DNA of 64,000 bases from Alphaproteobacteria bacterium (GTDB taxonomy: Bacteria; Pseudomonadota; Alphaproteobacteria; MPNO01). The stretch is from assembly GCA_964291675.2 (NCBI GenBank), contig OZ219865.1:704001-768000 (forward strand), in the 5' to 3' direction. Numbering within the stretch: position 1 is the stretch's first letter; every line of letters begins with the position of its first letter. The notes beneath the pieces were generated by a model that made no database searches, was not told the DNA's origin, and saw only the letters and a list, made by a program, of their open reading frames with translations. Both the position numbers and the translations under genes were made by a program. Positions 1 to 9,216 of the stretch are shown here, one piece after another.

Positions 1-192
1 CATGGCGGAGATCTTCTCGCCGATCGCGGTCGAGGCGTCGATCAGCGCGCTCAGATCCTCGACATAGCCCTGGCCGGCGAGCGGGTTCCTGACCACCGCG
101 ACCACGGCCACCTTCCGGAGCGGCTCGTTCGCCTCGCGCCCCATCTCGCTCATCGTCTCGTCGACGGCGGTGAACAGCTTGCGGATATGCAT
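1..192 (-). CDS. Amino acid synthesis family (AA_synth/DUF1185-like) protein, 3' part outside window
   Basis: Manual translation MHIRKLFTAVDETMSEMGREANEPLRKVAVVAVVRNPLAGQGYVEDLSALID; ATG at 192-190 preceded by GGAGG; not in the ORF track. Confidence 0.65.
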   Translation of the reverse strand, partial: MHIRKLFTAVDETMSEMGREANEPLRKVAVVAVVRNPLAGQGYVEDLSALIDASTAIGEKISAM

Positions 193-252
193 CGGCCTCC
201 CCCGGTATCGCCCGCGATCTTAGGCGCCGGAGACCGCGCAGGAAACCGCGCG

Positions 253-364
253 CGTCCCTCGATACGGCGCTGGCGCGCCTACTCGGGATGAGGACATTTC
301 TCTTGGCCATACCAACCTCTCCTCATCCTGAGTAGCCCGCCGCAGGCGGGCGTATCGAAGGACG
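253..364. repeat. Inverted pair of REP-like palindromic repeats (family A)
   Basis: Arm 253-293 CGTCCCTCGATACG...CTACTCGGGATGAGG and reverse-complement arm 321-364; near-identical arm at 35937-35980 and fragment at 4699-4712. Confidence 0.8.
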
Positions 365-420
365 GCCGGCTGGCGTTGGGACGCGTATTTCGGCACACTC
401 GCGCGCGGGAGAGCGCGCGC

Positions 421-1533
421 ATGACCAACCCGCTGTTCAACGACAACCGGATGAAGCTCGGCATCATCGCGATGAACTGCAGCCACGGCTCGACCATCAC
501 CACCGCCGAGAACACCTGGGAGATGACCTGGCCCGATACCCGAGAGGTCGCGATGATGGCCGACCGGGCGGGGCTCGAGGTGCTGCTCCCGGTCGCCCGC
601 TGGAAGGGCTATGGCGGGCCGACCAACTTCAACAACCGCACCTTCGAGACCTATACCTGGGCGTCCGCCGTCGCCGCGGTCACCGACTATTCCTGCGTCT
701 TCTCGACCTCGCACGTGCCGCTGATCCACCCGGTGGCCGCCGCCAAGCAATGCGCCACCATCGACCACATCTCGGGCGGGCGGTTCGGGCTCAACGTGGT
801 CTGCGGCTGGTTCAAGAACGAGTTCGAGATGTTCGGCGCCGAGTGGCGCGAGCACGATGTGCGCTACGAGTACGCCACCGAGTGGCTCGACTTCGCCCGG
901 CGGATCTGGACCCGGGAGGGCGAGTTCGACTTCGAGGGCCGCTGGTTCGACGCGAAGAACGTGTGGAGCGAGCCCAAGCCGGTGCAGGACGCGATCCCGG
1001 TGATGAACGCGGGCGGCTCGCCGGCGGGCCAGCGTTTCGCCGCCACCCAGGCGGACATGAACTTCGTCATCCTCAAGGAGCACGAGGCCGAGGCCGGCAA
1101 GGCGCAGATCGACAAGCTCAAGGCGATGGCGCGCGAGGCCGGGCGCGAGATCCAGAGCTGGATCCACGTCTATGTCGTCTGCCGCGACACCGACGCCGAG
1201 GCCGAGGACTATCTCGACTACTACGTCCGCCGGAAGGGCGATTACGAGGCGGTGAACAACCTGCTCGACATCTTCGGCATGCAGTCCAAGACCCTGGATC
1301 CCAAGGTGCTCGACGAGTTCCGCTTCCACTTCATCGCCGGCCATGGCGGCTACCCGCTGGTCGGCACGCCCGAGACCATCGTCGCCGAGATCGACAAGCT
1401 GATCGAGATCGGCATCGACGGCGTGCTGATGTCCTGGGTCGACTACAAGACCGAGCTCGCCCAGTGGATCGACCGGGTCATGCCGCTGATGGAGCAGGCC
1501 GGCCAGCGGAGCCCGATGCGCAAGGCGGCGTGA
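421..1533 (+). CDS. LLM-class (luciferase-like) flavin-dependent monooxygenase
   Basis: PVARWKGYGG, FSTSHVPLIHP, DHISGGRFGLNVVCGW and NAGGSPAG motifs; ATG at 421 after GGGAG. Confidence 0.9.
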   Translation: MTNPLFNDNRMKLGIIAMNCSHGSTITTAENTWEMTWPDTREVAMMADRAGLEVLLPVARWKGYGGPTNFNNRTFETYTWASAVAAVTDYSCVFSTSHVPLIHPVAAAKQCATIDHISGGRFGLNVVCGWFKNEFEMFGAEWREHDVRYEYATEWLDFARRIWTREGEFDFEGRWFDAKNVWSEPKPVQDAIPVMNAGGSPAGQRFAATQADMNFVILKEHEAEAGKAQIDKLKAMAREAGREIQSWIHVYVVCRDTDAEAEDYLDYYVRRKGDYEAVNNLLDIFGMQSKTLDPKVLDEFRFHFIAGHGGYPLVGTPETIVAEIDKLIEIGIDGVLMSWVDYKTELAQWIDRVMPLMEQAGQRSPMRKAA

Positions 1534-1564
1534 GCCGGCACCCTCCCCGGTGGGGGAAGAGTCC

Positions 1565-1654
1565 ATGCAGGTCTTCCCGTTCCACCCGATGCCCCATGCC
1601 GCGCTCGACGACGGCAACGACGCCGGGCTGGAAGCGGCGATCGCCGCCGAGTAG
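1565..1654 (+). pseudogene. Possible remnant of a second LLM oxidoreductase gene (29-aa ORF)
   Basis: MQVFPFHPMPHAALDD resembles the FHLMP-type N-terminus of an LLM subfamily; purine-rich RBS-like sequence upstream. Confidence 0.3.
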
Positions 1655-1658
1655 CGCT

Positions 1659-2858
1659 TCAGCCGACCGCCTCGGCCCGTCTCAGCGCCGCGATCATCGA
1701 GGAGCGCAGCAGGAATTCGCGCGCCTTGGCCGGGTCCTCGGCCTGGCGGGCGAGGTCGTCGAGCCGCTTCTCGCGCACGGCCCGGTCCTTTTCCTCCAGC
1801 AGCGCCTTGTTGCGCAGCGTCGCCGCCTGCACGTATTCGACGGCGATCGGCCGGCGCTGCGCGTCGTAGAGGTCGAACAGCGTATCGTCCGCCTCGCCGC
1901 GCCACACCGCGACGATCTTGGCGCACAGATTGACCGCGTCGTGGATGCCGCCGTTCATCCCCATCCCGCCAAGCGGGTTGTTGATATGGGCCGAATCGCC
2001 GGCGAGGAAGATCCGGCCCTTGCGGTAGGTCTCGGCGACCCGCTGATGCACCGCGTAAGCCGTCCGGTGGTAGGTCTGGTAAGCCCCGTCCTTGGGACAG
2101 ACGGCGTGCATCCGCGCCTGCACCACCTCCTCGCTCACCAGCTCCTCGGCGGTGTCGCCGGGCCGGGTCGGCATCAGCAGCCGCCACAGACCGGGCACGC
2201 GCACGAACACGAACCACGACTCGGGGTCGGCGACATAGGCGATCGGCGCCAGGTTCTCGAAATGGGCGCCGAAATCGTACTCGGTCGAGGTGCAGAGCCA
2301 GAGCTCGGGAAAGGTGAGCCCCGGGAATTCGATCCCGGCGCCGATGCGGATAACGCTCGATGCACCGTCGGCGGCGATCAGGTAGCGCCCGGTCAGGGTC
2401 TCGCCACCCGGCCCGTCCAAATCGAGCATCACCCGGTCGGCATCCTGGCGGGCGGCGACGGCCCGGGTGGAGAACCTGACTTCGGCCTCGGGCATCCCCT
2501 CCAAGATGTCGACGACGATGCCGTTGAGCTTGTACTGCTCGGCCTGCACCCGGTAGGGGTGGCCGGTGTCGTCCTTCAGGATGCCGAGATCCCACTCGGC
2601 GACGATGCCGCGCGCGGTGTCCCGGTTCTGCCAGACCGGGCAGACGATGCCCTGGGCGATCAGCGCCTCGACCACGCCGAGCCCGTCCAGCATGTCGAGG
2701 GTCGGCGGGTGGAAGGTCGAGGCGCGGAGGTCGAGCGGCAGGCTGGCGCAGGCCTCGACCAGGGTCACCGGGATGCCGGCGCGCGCGAGCGCCAGCGCGG
2801 CGACGCTGCCGACCGGACCCGCCCCCGCGACCAGGACGCGATCCCGGGTCCCGCTCAG
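1659..2858 (-). CDS. FAD-dependent monooxygenase (aromatic hydroxylase family)
   Basis: VLVAGAGPVG, IAADGASS and FLAGDSAHINNPLGGMGMNGGIHDA motifs; probable CTG start overlapping the upstream TGA. Confidence 0.88.
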   Translation of the reverse strand: MSGTRDRVLVAGAGPVGSVAALALARAGIPVTLVEACASLPLDLRASTFHPPTLDMLDGLGVVEALIAQGIVCPVWQNRDTARGIVAEWDLGILKDDTGHPYRVQAEQYKLNGIVVDILEGMPEAEVRFSTRAVAARQDADRVMLDLDGPGGETLTGRYLIAADGASSVIRIGAGIEFPGLTFPELWLCTSTEYDFGAHFENLAPIAYVADPESWFVFVRVPGLWRLLMPTRPGDTAEELVSEEVVQARMHAVCPKDGAYQTYHRTAYAVHQRVAETYRKGRIFLAGDSAHINNPLGGMGMNGGIHDAVNLCAKIVAVWRGEADDTLFDLYDAQRRPIAVEYVQAATLRNKALLEEKDRAVREKRLDDLARQAEDPAKAREFLLRSSMIAALRRAEAVG

Positions 2859-3472
2859 CCTATCCTCGCCACCGCCCGGTCGATCTTCAGGCGGAACGCC
2901 TCCAGCCGCCGCTCGTCCAGGAGGTTGACGCCGTAGAGGCTCAGCATCTCCAGCGTCGCCTGCGGCGCGCAGCCCTTGAGGATGCCGCCCTTGAGGACCC
3001 GCTTGACCGGCTGGCGCAGCAGCAGGCGGTCGACCTTCCAGGGCGAGGCGAGCGTGGTGATCGCGAGGCAGTGCTTGAGACCGTCCAGGATCGGCGAGAT
3101 GCTGCCGGTCGCCGGCACGTGGACGAAGGCGACGTCGGGCGCCCACACCCGGTCGAACCAGCCTTTTAGCAGCGCCGGCATGCCGAACCACCAGGTGGGG
3201 AAGACCAGGACCACCGTCTCCGCCCGCTTGAGCTGGGCCATCTCGGCCTCGATCCGGCTGCCGTCGAAGCCGTCGAAATAGCTGCCGCGCTCGGCCGCCG
3301 ACAGCGGCGCCTCGAACCCGTGCCGGTAGAGGTCGAGATGCTCGTAGACGACGCCTCGCGCCTTCAGCCCCGCCTCCACCCGGGCGACCAGATGGTGGCA
3401 CAGGCTGTCCTCCAGCGGATGACAGGAGACGAGCAGGCAGTTCGCCTCCTCGTTGCGGAGCGTCTCGGTCAT
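2855..3472 (-). CDS. NAD(P)H-dependent oxidoreductase, flavodoxin-like (quinone reductase family)
   Basis: CHPLEDSL, LDLY and FPTWWFGMPALLKGWFDRV motifs; ATG at 3472. Confidence 0.88.
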   Translation of the reverse strand: MTETLRNEEANCLLVSCHPLEDSLCHHLVARVEAGLKARGVVYEHLDLYRHGFEAPLSAAERGSYFDGFDGSRIEAEMAQLKRAETVVLVFPTWWFGMPALLKGWFDRVWAPDVAFVHVPATGSISPILDGLKHCLAITTLASPWKVDRLLLRQPVKRVLKGGILKGCAPQATLEMLSLYGVNLLDERRLEAFRLKIDRAVARIG

Positions 3473-3500
3473 CGTCCCCCTCCCCGCGGTCAGCCGCCAC

Positions 3501-3529
3501 ACAGTAAAGCGCATCCGCCGGCGATGGAA
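3501..3529 (-). promoter_or_regulatory. Putative sigma70-type promoter TTCCAT-N17-TACTGT
   Basis: 17-nt spacer; overlapping 25-mer is 22/25 identical to the region upstream of the hydantoinase B gene. Confidence 0.45.
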
Positions 3530-3562
3530 CCGGGGGCTCGTTTCGCCCGCTTCGCCGCCCCA

Positions 3563-3848
3563 CCCCGTCTTGGCGGGCTTGTTCCACTGCTGTCCGGTCT
3601 GGATTGACGACGCGGGCCGCACCCGGCCTCCCTGCACCGCCCATGGATGGCCGGATCAAGTCCGGGCATGACGTGCGGGGAGTGCGGCGAGTGTGGGGGG
3701 CGGCGGCCCGCGCGTCCTTCCTCGATGTGTTCCACCCCGTCATGGCCGGACTTGATCCGGCCATCCATGCGGCCCCTCCGCCCGCACGGCGGCCCGTCGG
3801 GAGGGGTGGTGGCGCCAGTGTATGCTAGGAACGAGTCCGGGCATGACG
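3563..3848. repeat. Cluster of REP-like palindromes (family B, CGTCATGGCCGGACTTGATCCGGCCATCCA) with an orphan MITE-like end
   Basis: Units at 3643-3673, 3738-3768 and degenerate 3818-3848 in alternating orientation; CACTGCTGTCCGGTCTGGAT at 3585-3604 directly after a half-REP. Confidence 0.8.
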
Positions 3849-3940
3849 CACGGGAGGTGGACCGCCGTCCGCTGTTGCGCCGCTTGTCGCCCTCCCACCG
3901 TCTTGGCAAGCTCGAAGCCAACCCGACAGAGGAAACGCCC

Positions 3941-4681
3941 TTGTCCCTGGAAACTATCCGGCCCGACGGCTGGCGCGCCCGCATCGGGGTGATCGTGCCG
4001 CCGAGCAACACCGTCAACGAGACCGAGTTCAACCGGTTGAAGCCCGACGGCGTCACCTTCCACTTCACCCGCTCGCCGCTGCACCCCGACCCGGCGGCGG
4101 ACGATTTCGCGGAGATGATGCGCGACCTCGACCGCGCCTGCGGCGAGCTCGCTTCCTGCGCGATCGACCTCGTCGCCTATGGCTGCACCGCCGGGTCGAT
4201 GGCCTGTCCCGCCGACCGCCTGCTCGGCAAGATGCGCGAGGTCTCCGGGGTCGAGGGGATTTCGACCGCGGGCGCGATCCTCGCCGCGCTGAAGGCGCTC
4301 GGCATCTCGCGGATCGCCATGGCGACGCCCTATACCGAGAAGACCAACGCGCACGAGGCGGAATACCTCGCCGAACACGGAATCGAGGCGGTCGCCGCCT
4401 CCGGGCTCGGGCTCAATACCTCGCTCGAAGGCATCCAGCGGATCTCGCGCGTGGCCCCAAGGGCGGTGTTCGATCACGCGATGGCGGTGGACCGGCCCGA
4501 AGCCGAGGCGCTGCTGATCTGCTGCACCGACTTCAACACCGTCGATGCCATCGAGCCGCTGGAGCAAACGCTCGGCAAGCCGGTCGTCACCAGCAACACG
4601 GCAACCCTATGGGCCGCGCTGAGGACGCTCGGCATCGACGACCGGATCGCCGGCTGCGGCCGTCTGCTGCGGGAGTTCTAG
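3941..4681 (+). CDS. Maleate cis-trans isomerase / Asp-Glu racemase family protein
   Basis: RIGVIVPPSNTVNE, YGCTAG, ATPY, ICCTDF and LGKPVVTSN motifs with both catalytic Cys; TTG start inferred. Confidence 0.88.
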   Translation: MSLETIRPDGWRARIGVIVPPSNTVNETEFNRLKPDGVTFHFTRSPLHPDPAADDFAEMMRDLDRACGELASCAIDLVAYGCTAGSMACPADRLLGKMREVSGVEGISTAGAILAALKALGISRIAMATPYTEKTNAHEAEYLAEHGIEAVAASGLGLNTSLEGIQRISRVAPRAVFDHAMAVDRPEAEALLICCTDFNTVDAIEPLEQTLGKPVVTSNTATLWAALRTLGIDDRIAGCGRLLREF

Positions 4682-4712
4682 GCGGAGGGCGCCGGCGCCG
4701 TATCGAGGGACG

Positions 4713-5093
4713 CTACTGCTCCAGCCCGTCCAGCGCCTCCTTGGCGTTGCGGAAGGCGTCGACGCCGGCCGGCACGCCGGCATAGACGGTGGCATGCAGC
4801 AGCACCTCGCGGATCTCGTCGACCGTGCAGCCGTTGTGGATCGCGCCCCGGACGTGGCCCTTGAGCTCGGTCATCTTGCCGAGCGTGGTCAGGATCGCGA
4901 GCGTCAGCATCGACCGCGTCTTGCGGTCGAGCCCGTCGCGGGTCCAGACCAGCCCCCAGCAGTGCTCGGTGACGTGTTCCTGGATGGTGTTGACGAAATC
5001 GTCGGCCTTCGCCTTCTCGAGCTGCGGGTCCACCCACTTGGCACCGAGCACGCTGCGGCGGATCTCCAACCCCTCGTCATAGGCCTTGCTCAT
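4713..5093 (-). CDS. Carboxymuconolactone decarboxylase family protein
   Basis: GLEIRRSVLG, WGLVWTRDGLDRKTRS, HVRGAIHNG and YAGVPAG motifs. Confidence 0.9.
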   Translation of the reverse strand: MSKAYDEGLEIRRSVLGAKWVDPQLEKAKADDFVNTIQEHVTEHCWGLVWTRDGLDRKTRSMLTLAILTTLGKMTELKGHVRGAIHNGCTVDEIREVLLHATVYAGVPAGVDAFRNAKEALDGLEQ

Positions 5094-5797
5094 GTCTTGT
5101 CTCCCTCCAGGAACGGATCGGTCTTGAGGAATCGCCGGCCGCGCTTGCGGTAGGTGACGATTCGCGGGTTCCACCAGCTCTCGCCCGCCAGGCGGTTGCG
5201 GCGCACGGTGTCGCGCGCGGCGCGGACCTCCGGCGCATCGAGCACGTCCGCGCGCCGGACATAGTGCAGCATCATGTGGGTGAACGGGTCGGGATCGGCC
5301 GCCGCCACCGCCGTCATGCGCGCCATCCGCCAGTCCGGGCAGGCGAGCAGCGTCCCCATGTGCTCGTCCCGGTACCAGTCCTCGAAACCCGGCCGCTTTG
5401 CGTCGGGCACGGCGAAGAAGACGGCGAGGACCCAGGGGCAGTCCAGCGCCTCGATGCCGGCGCCGTCTCCGAACGCGCAACCGATCTCGCGCCCGACATA
5501 GCGGGTGAAGCCCGACACCGAGGACAGCATCGCCCTGGTCCGCGCATCGGGGGTGTATTTGCGCGACCGGTATTCCGGGCTCTCCAGCGTCTCGGCCCCG
5601 TCGAGGTCGTAGACCGCGAGAAAGCCCGGTCCGTCCGGCGCGGCGTAGCGCTGCGCGCTCAGGAACCCCGGCACGCCGGTCACGTGGTTCGGCGTGTGGT
5701 GGTTGTCGTACCAGTCGTTGAACCGGTCCTCGTCGCCCGGCGCCGGCGTCATCTCCGAGAAGAGGATCGCGCTTCCCTTGATCCGCGCGCCGGTCAC
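5090..5797 (-). CDS. DUF4286/EthD-like dimeric alpha-beta barrel protein, two tandem domains
   Basis: Repeated FNDWYDNHH...VPGFLSAQRY and FEDWYRDEH motifs; GTG start overlapping the upstream TGA. Confidence 0.65.
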   Translation of the reverse strand: MTGARIKGSAILFSEMTPAPGDEDRFNDWYDNHHTPNHVTGVPGFLSAQRYAAPDGPGFLAVYDLDGAETLESPEYRSRKYTPDARTRAMLSSVSGFTRYVGREIGCAFGDGAGIEALDCPWVLAVFFAVPDAKRPGFEDWYRDEHMGTLLACPDWRMARMTAVAAADPDPFTHMMLHYVRRADVLDAPEVRAARDTVRRNRLAGESWWNPRIVTYRKRGRRFLKTDPFLEGDKT

Positions 5798-7125
5798 GCG
5801 ACGCTGCGGCAGGCCGCGTCGAGCGCCTTCAGGGTCTGCTCGAAATCGTCCTCCCCGTGCGCCGCCGAGACGAAGCGCCGCACATTGGGCAGCACGTAGA
5901 TCCCGCCCTGGAGCAGGGCGAGGTCGAGCGCGCGGCTCGCCGCCCGGTCCGAGGCCATGATGTCGCCGTGGTTCACCGGATGCCGGTCGGCGAACAGGAT
6001 CTGCCAGAGCGAGGCCTTGCCGGTGACGATGGCGGGCAGCCGGTGGCGGTCGAGCACGGCCTGGCACTCGGCGCCGAAGGCCTCCGCATCTCCATGCAGG
6101 CGGGCGTAGAAGCCGGGCTCGGACAGGATGTCGAGCGTCGCCATGCCGGTGGCCGAGCCGATCGGGCTGCCGTGCATGGTCCCCTTGACGTGGGCGTATT
6201 CCGGGGTGCCCTCCGCCGCCGGATCGGCGAGGTCGACGATCTCGGCCGGGCCGGCGACGGCGGACAGCGCGACGCCGCCGCCGATCACCTTGGCGTAGGC
6301 CGCGAGATCGGGCCGGATGCCGTAATACTCCTGCGCGCCGCCGAGGGCGAGCCGGAAGCCGGTCACGCACTCGTCGAACACCAGAAGCACGTCGTTGGCG
6401 TCGCAGATCTTCCTGAGCCCGGGCAGGAACCCGTCCAGCGGGAAGATCACCCGCTGCGCCGGCTCGACGATCACGCAGGCGAGGTCGTCCCGGTGTTCCG
6501 CGACGATCTTTTCGACGGTCTCCAGGTCGTTATAGGGCGCCACCAGCACGCAGTCGTGCAGCGGCCTCGGGATGCCGGCCGAATCGGGCTGGCCCTGCGG
6601 GTAGTTGGACAGCGCGTTCGGGATCACGCTGAAATTGGAGTAGTCGTGGTTGCCGTGAAAGGCGCCTTCGAATTTGAGGATCTTGTCGCGTCCGGTGAAG
6701 GCGCGGGCAAGGCGCAGCGCATAGGCCGTCGCCTCCGACCCGGTTGTGGCGAAGATCACCTTCTCCGCGCAGGGGATCGCGTCGACCAGGCGGTCGGCGA
6801 ACTGGAGCACCGGCTGGTGCGGGGCGCCGAACTGGTGCAGGCCCCGGACCACCTGCTCCTGGGCGGCGGCGACCACCGCGGGCGGCGCGTGGCCGAGGAT
6901 CAGCGCGCCGGCGCCGCCGACATAGTCGATGTACCAGTTGCCGTCGGTGTCCTGGAGCCTCGATCCCTCGCCCTTGCGGATCACGAAGCGGACGTCGTCC
7001 GGCAGCTTGTAGCCGCCGAACCCGCCACCCGGCAGCGCCCGTTCGGCGATCTCGAAATACGCCGCCTTGTCCATCGCGCCGGGGCGCTCGGGCGCCGCCT
7101 CGACCAGCGTGTCCGCCATCGTCAC
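5794..7125 (-). CDS. Class III PLP aminotransferase (GSA aminomutase-like)
   Basis: DGNWYIDY, TGSEAT, KFEGAFHG, FDECVTGFR motifs and PLP Lys in YAKVIGGG; start may be 7119. Confidence 0.88.
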   Translation of the reverse strand: MTMADTLVEAAPERPGAMDKAAYFEIAERALPGGGFGGYKLPDDVRFVIRKGEGSRLQDTDGNWYIDYVGGAGALILGHAPPAVVAAAQEQVVRGLHQFGAPHQPVLQFADRLVDAIPCAEKVIFATTGSEATAYALRLARAFTGRDKILKFEGAFHGNHDYSNFSVIPNALSNYPQGQPDSAGIPRPLHDCVLVAPYNDLETVEKIVAEHRDDLACVIVEPAQRVIFPLDGFLPGLRKICDANDVLLVFDECVTGFRLALGGAQEYYGIRPDLAAYAKVIGGGVALSAVAGPAEIVDLADPAAEGTPEYAHVKGTMHGSPIGSATGMATLDILSEPGFYARLHGDAEAFGAECQAVLDRHRLPAIVTGKASLWQILFADRHPVNHGDIMASDRAASRALDLALLQGGIYVLPNVRRFVSAAHGEDDFEQTLKALDAACRSVA

Positions 7126-7173
7126 ATCCTCGATTTCGCAGGGGTCCCGCGTCAGCGGCGCATAATGCCCGGC

Positions 7174-9216
7174 TCACCCTTCGGCCGGCAACCGGCAATC
7201 CAGCGACCCGGATTCGTGGACCGCGACCCGCCAGCGCGGCGGGATCACCGAGGTCCCGCCCGCCTCCTCGACGATCGCCGGCCCCTCCAGGGCGTAGCCG
7301 GCCGGCATCGCGGCGCGGTCGTAGACCGGGCAGTCGACCCAGCTCTCGTCGAACCAGACCGGGCGCCGTTCGAGCAGCGGATCGCCCCCGCGCTGCGGAC
7401 CGAAGGCGAGGATGGGCCGGTCGGCGAGGCCGCGCGAGACCAGCCGGATGTTGACGATTTCCGCGTCCGACGCGGTGTCGTCGTGGCCGAAGGTCCGCGC
7501 GTGGCTGGCGCCGAACGCGGTCCTGAGCTCGGCCAGCTCCACGGTCTCCGGGTCGCAGGGCACGGCGAGCGTGTAGGACTGGCCGACATAGCGCATGTCG
7601 ACGCTGAAATCGTGCCTGTGACGGTCGGGTACGAAGCCGTCGCCCTCCAGCAGCGCCCGGGCCTGGCTGCGCATGGCATCCGCCTCGGCGCGGAAATCGG
7701 CGACGTCGAGCGCCGCCAGCCGCCCGCCCCAGACCCGCACGAAGTCGCGCCGCAGATCGGCGAGAAGCTGCCCCAGCGCCGAGAGATGGCCGGGATAGCG
7801 GGGGATCAGGACGCGCGGGATGGCGAGCTCCTCGGCGACCAGGAAGACGTGCATCGGGCCCGCCCCGCCGAAGCCCAGCAGGCAGAAATCGCGCGGATCG
7901 AAGCCGCGATGGACCGAAACCTCGCGCACCGCGCCGGCCATCTTGGCGACGGCGACCCCGAGCACGCCGTCGGCGAGCCGGACGACATCCTCGGCATCGA
8001 GCGCGTCGGCGAGCCGGCGAAACGCGTCTTCCGCCAGCGCCTTCGACAGCCGCAGATCGCCGGCCAGCGCGCGATCGCCGGGCAGCCGGCCGAGGATCAG
8101 GTTGGCGTCCGAGATCGTCGCCTCGGCGCCGCCGCGCCCGTAGCAGGCGGGGCCGGGGATCGCGCCGGCGCTCCGCGGGCCGACTTCCAGCGTGCCGTCC
8201 TCCCGGATCCAGGCGATGGAGCCGCCGCCGGCGCCGATGGTGTGGATGTCGAGCTGCGGAACCTGGAGCGGATAGGCGTCGATCTGGTTGGCGTGGCTGA
8301 TCCGGGGCGTGAGCTCGTGGATCAGCGACACGTCGGTCGAGGTGCCGCCCATGTCGAAGGTGATGCAGGAGGCGACCCCCGCCATCTCGCAGATGCGCAC
8401 CGCCCCGCCGGCCCCGCCCACCGGGCCGGAGAGAAACGTGCCGGCGGCGAACTCCGCCGCCTTGGCCAGCGTCATCACGCCCCCGTTGGAGCCCATGATG
8501 CTGACCGGGGCGGCGATCCCCTGCCCTTCCAGCTCGGCGGTCAGCGTGTCGAGATAGTCGTCGATCACCGGCGTCAGATAGGCGTTGAGCACGCAGGTGG
8601 AGAAGCGTTCGAACTCGCCTTTCTCGCGCACCACCGCTGCCGATTGCGACACCGCGACGCCGTCGAGCGCCTGCGCCAGCGCGTCCGCGGCGCGGCGTTC
8701 GTTGGCGTCGTTGGCGTAGGCGTTGATGAAGCAGACCGCCACCGCTTCGCAGCCGCGCGCGCGCAGCCGCTCGGCGATGGCGGCGATCCCGTCCGGCTCG
8801 ACATCGGACAGGATGCCGCCGTCGGCCGCGACGCGCTCGCCGATCTCGAACCGCCGGTCGCGCGGCACCAGCGGCCTGGGGCGCTGGAATTTTATGTCGA
8901 ACAGCCCGCCGATCAGCCGCCTGGTGCGGCCGATCTCCAGCGTGTCGCGGAACCCTTCGGTGGTCACCAGCGCGGTCTTCGCGCCCTTGCGCTCGAGCAG
9001 GGTGTTGGTCGCGATGGTGGTGCCGTGCACGAAGACCCGGATCGCGCCGGCGTCGATGCCGAGCTCGGCCAGCGCGTTCAGCACGCCGCGCCACTGGCGG
9101 CCCGGCAAAGAGGGCACCTTGGCGGACAGCAGCCTCTCCCCGTCGAGGCAGAGAATGTCCGTAAAAGTCCCCCCCACATCGACCCCGATGCGGTATCCGG
9201 TCTGCGTTTCGGTCAT
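7174..9216 (-). CDS. Hydantoinase/oxoprolinase family, subunit A
   Basis: GVDVGGTFTD, HGTTIATN, DMGGTSTD, IGAGGGSIA and FGGAGPMH motifs. Confidence 0.92.
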   Translation of the reverse strand: MTETQTGYRIGVDVGGTFTDILCLDGERLLSAKVPSLPGRQWRGVLNALAELGIDAGAIRVFVHGTTIATNTLLERKGAKTALVTTEGFRDTLEIGRTRRLIGGLFDIKFQRPRPLVPRDRRFEIGERVAADGGILSDVEPDGIAAIAERLRARGCEAVAVCFINAYANDANERRAADALAQALDGVAVSQSAAVVREKGEFERFSTCVLNAYLTPVIDDYLDTLTAELEGQGIAAPVSIMGSNGGVMTLAKAAEFAAGTFLSGPVGGAGGAVRICEMAGVASCITFDMGGTSTDVSLIHELTPRISHANQIDAYPLQVPQLDIHTIGAGGGSIAWIREDGTLEVGPRSAGAIPGPACYGRGGAEATISDANLILGRLPGDRALAGDLRLSKALAEDAFRRLADALDAEDVVRLADGVLGVAVAKMAGAVREVSVHRGFDPRDFCLLGFGGAGPMHVFLVAEELAIPRVLIPRYPGHLSALGQLLADLRRDFVRVWGGRLAALDVADFRAEADAMRSQARALLEGDGFVPDRHRHDFSVDMRYVGQSYTLAVPCDPETVELAELRTAFGASHARTFGHDDTASDAEIVNIRLVSRGLADRPILAFGPQRGGDPLLERRPVWFDESWVDCPVYDRAAMPAGYALEGPAIVEEAGGTSVIPPRWRVAVHESGSLDCRLPAEG

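Noticed and set aside
3490-4068. ORFs with repeated MDGRIKSGHD / VMAGLDPAIH peptides (also 36052-36716)
   Set aside because: Translations of the REP palindromes, with no independent coding evidence
5794-7125. hemL assignment
   Set aside because: Family motifs match but the sequence is divergent and the context is catabolic with no heme genes
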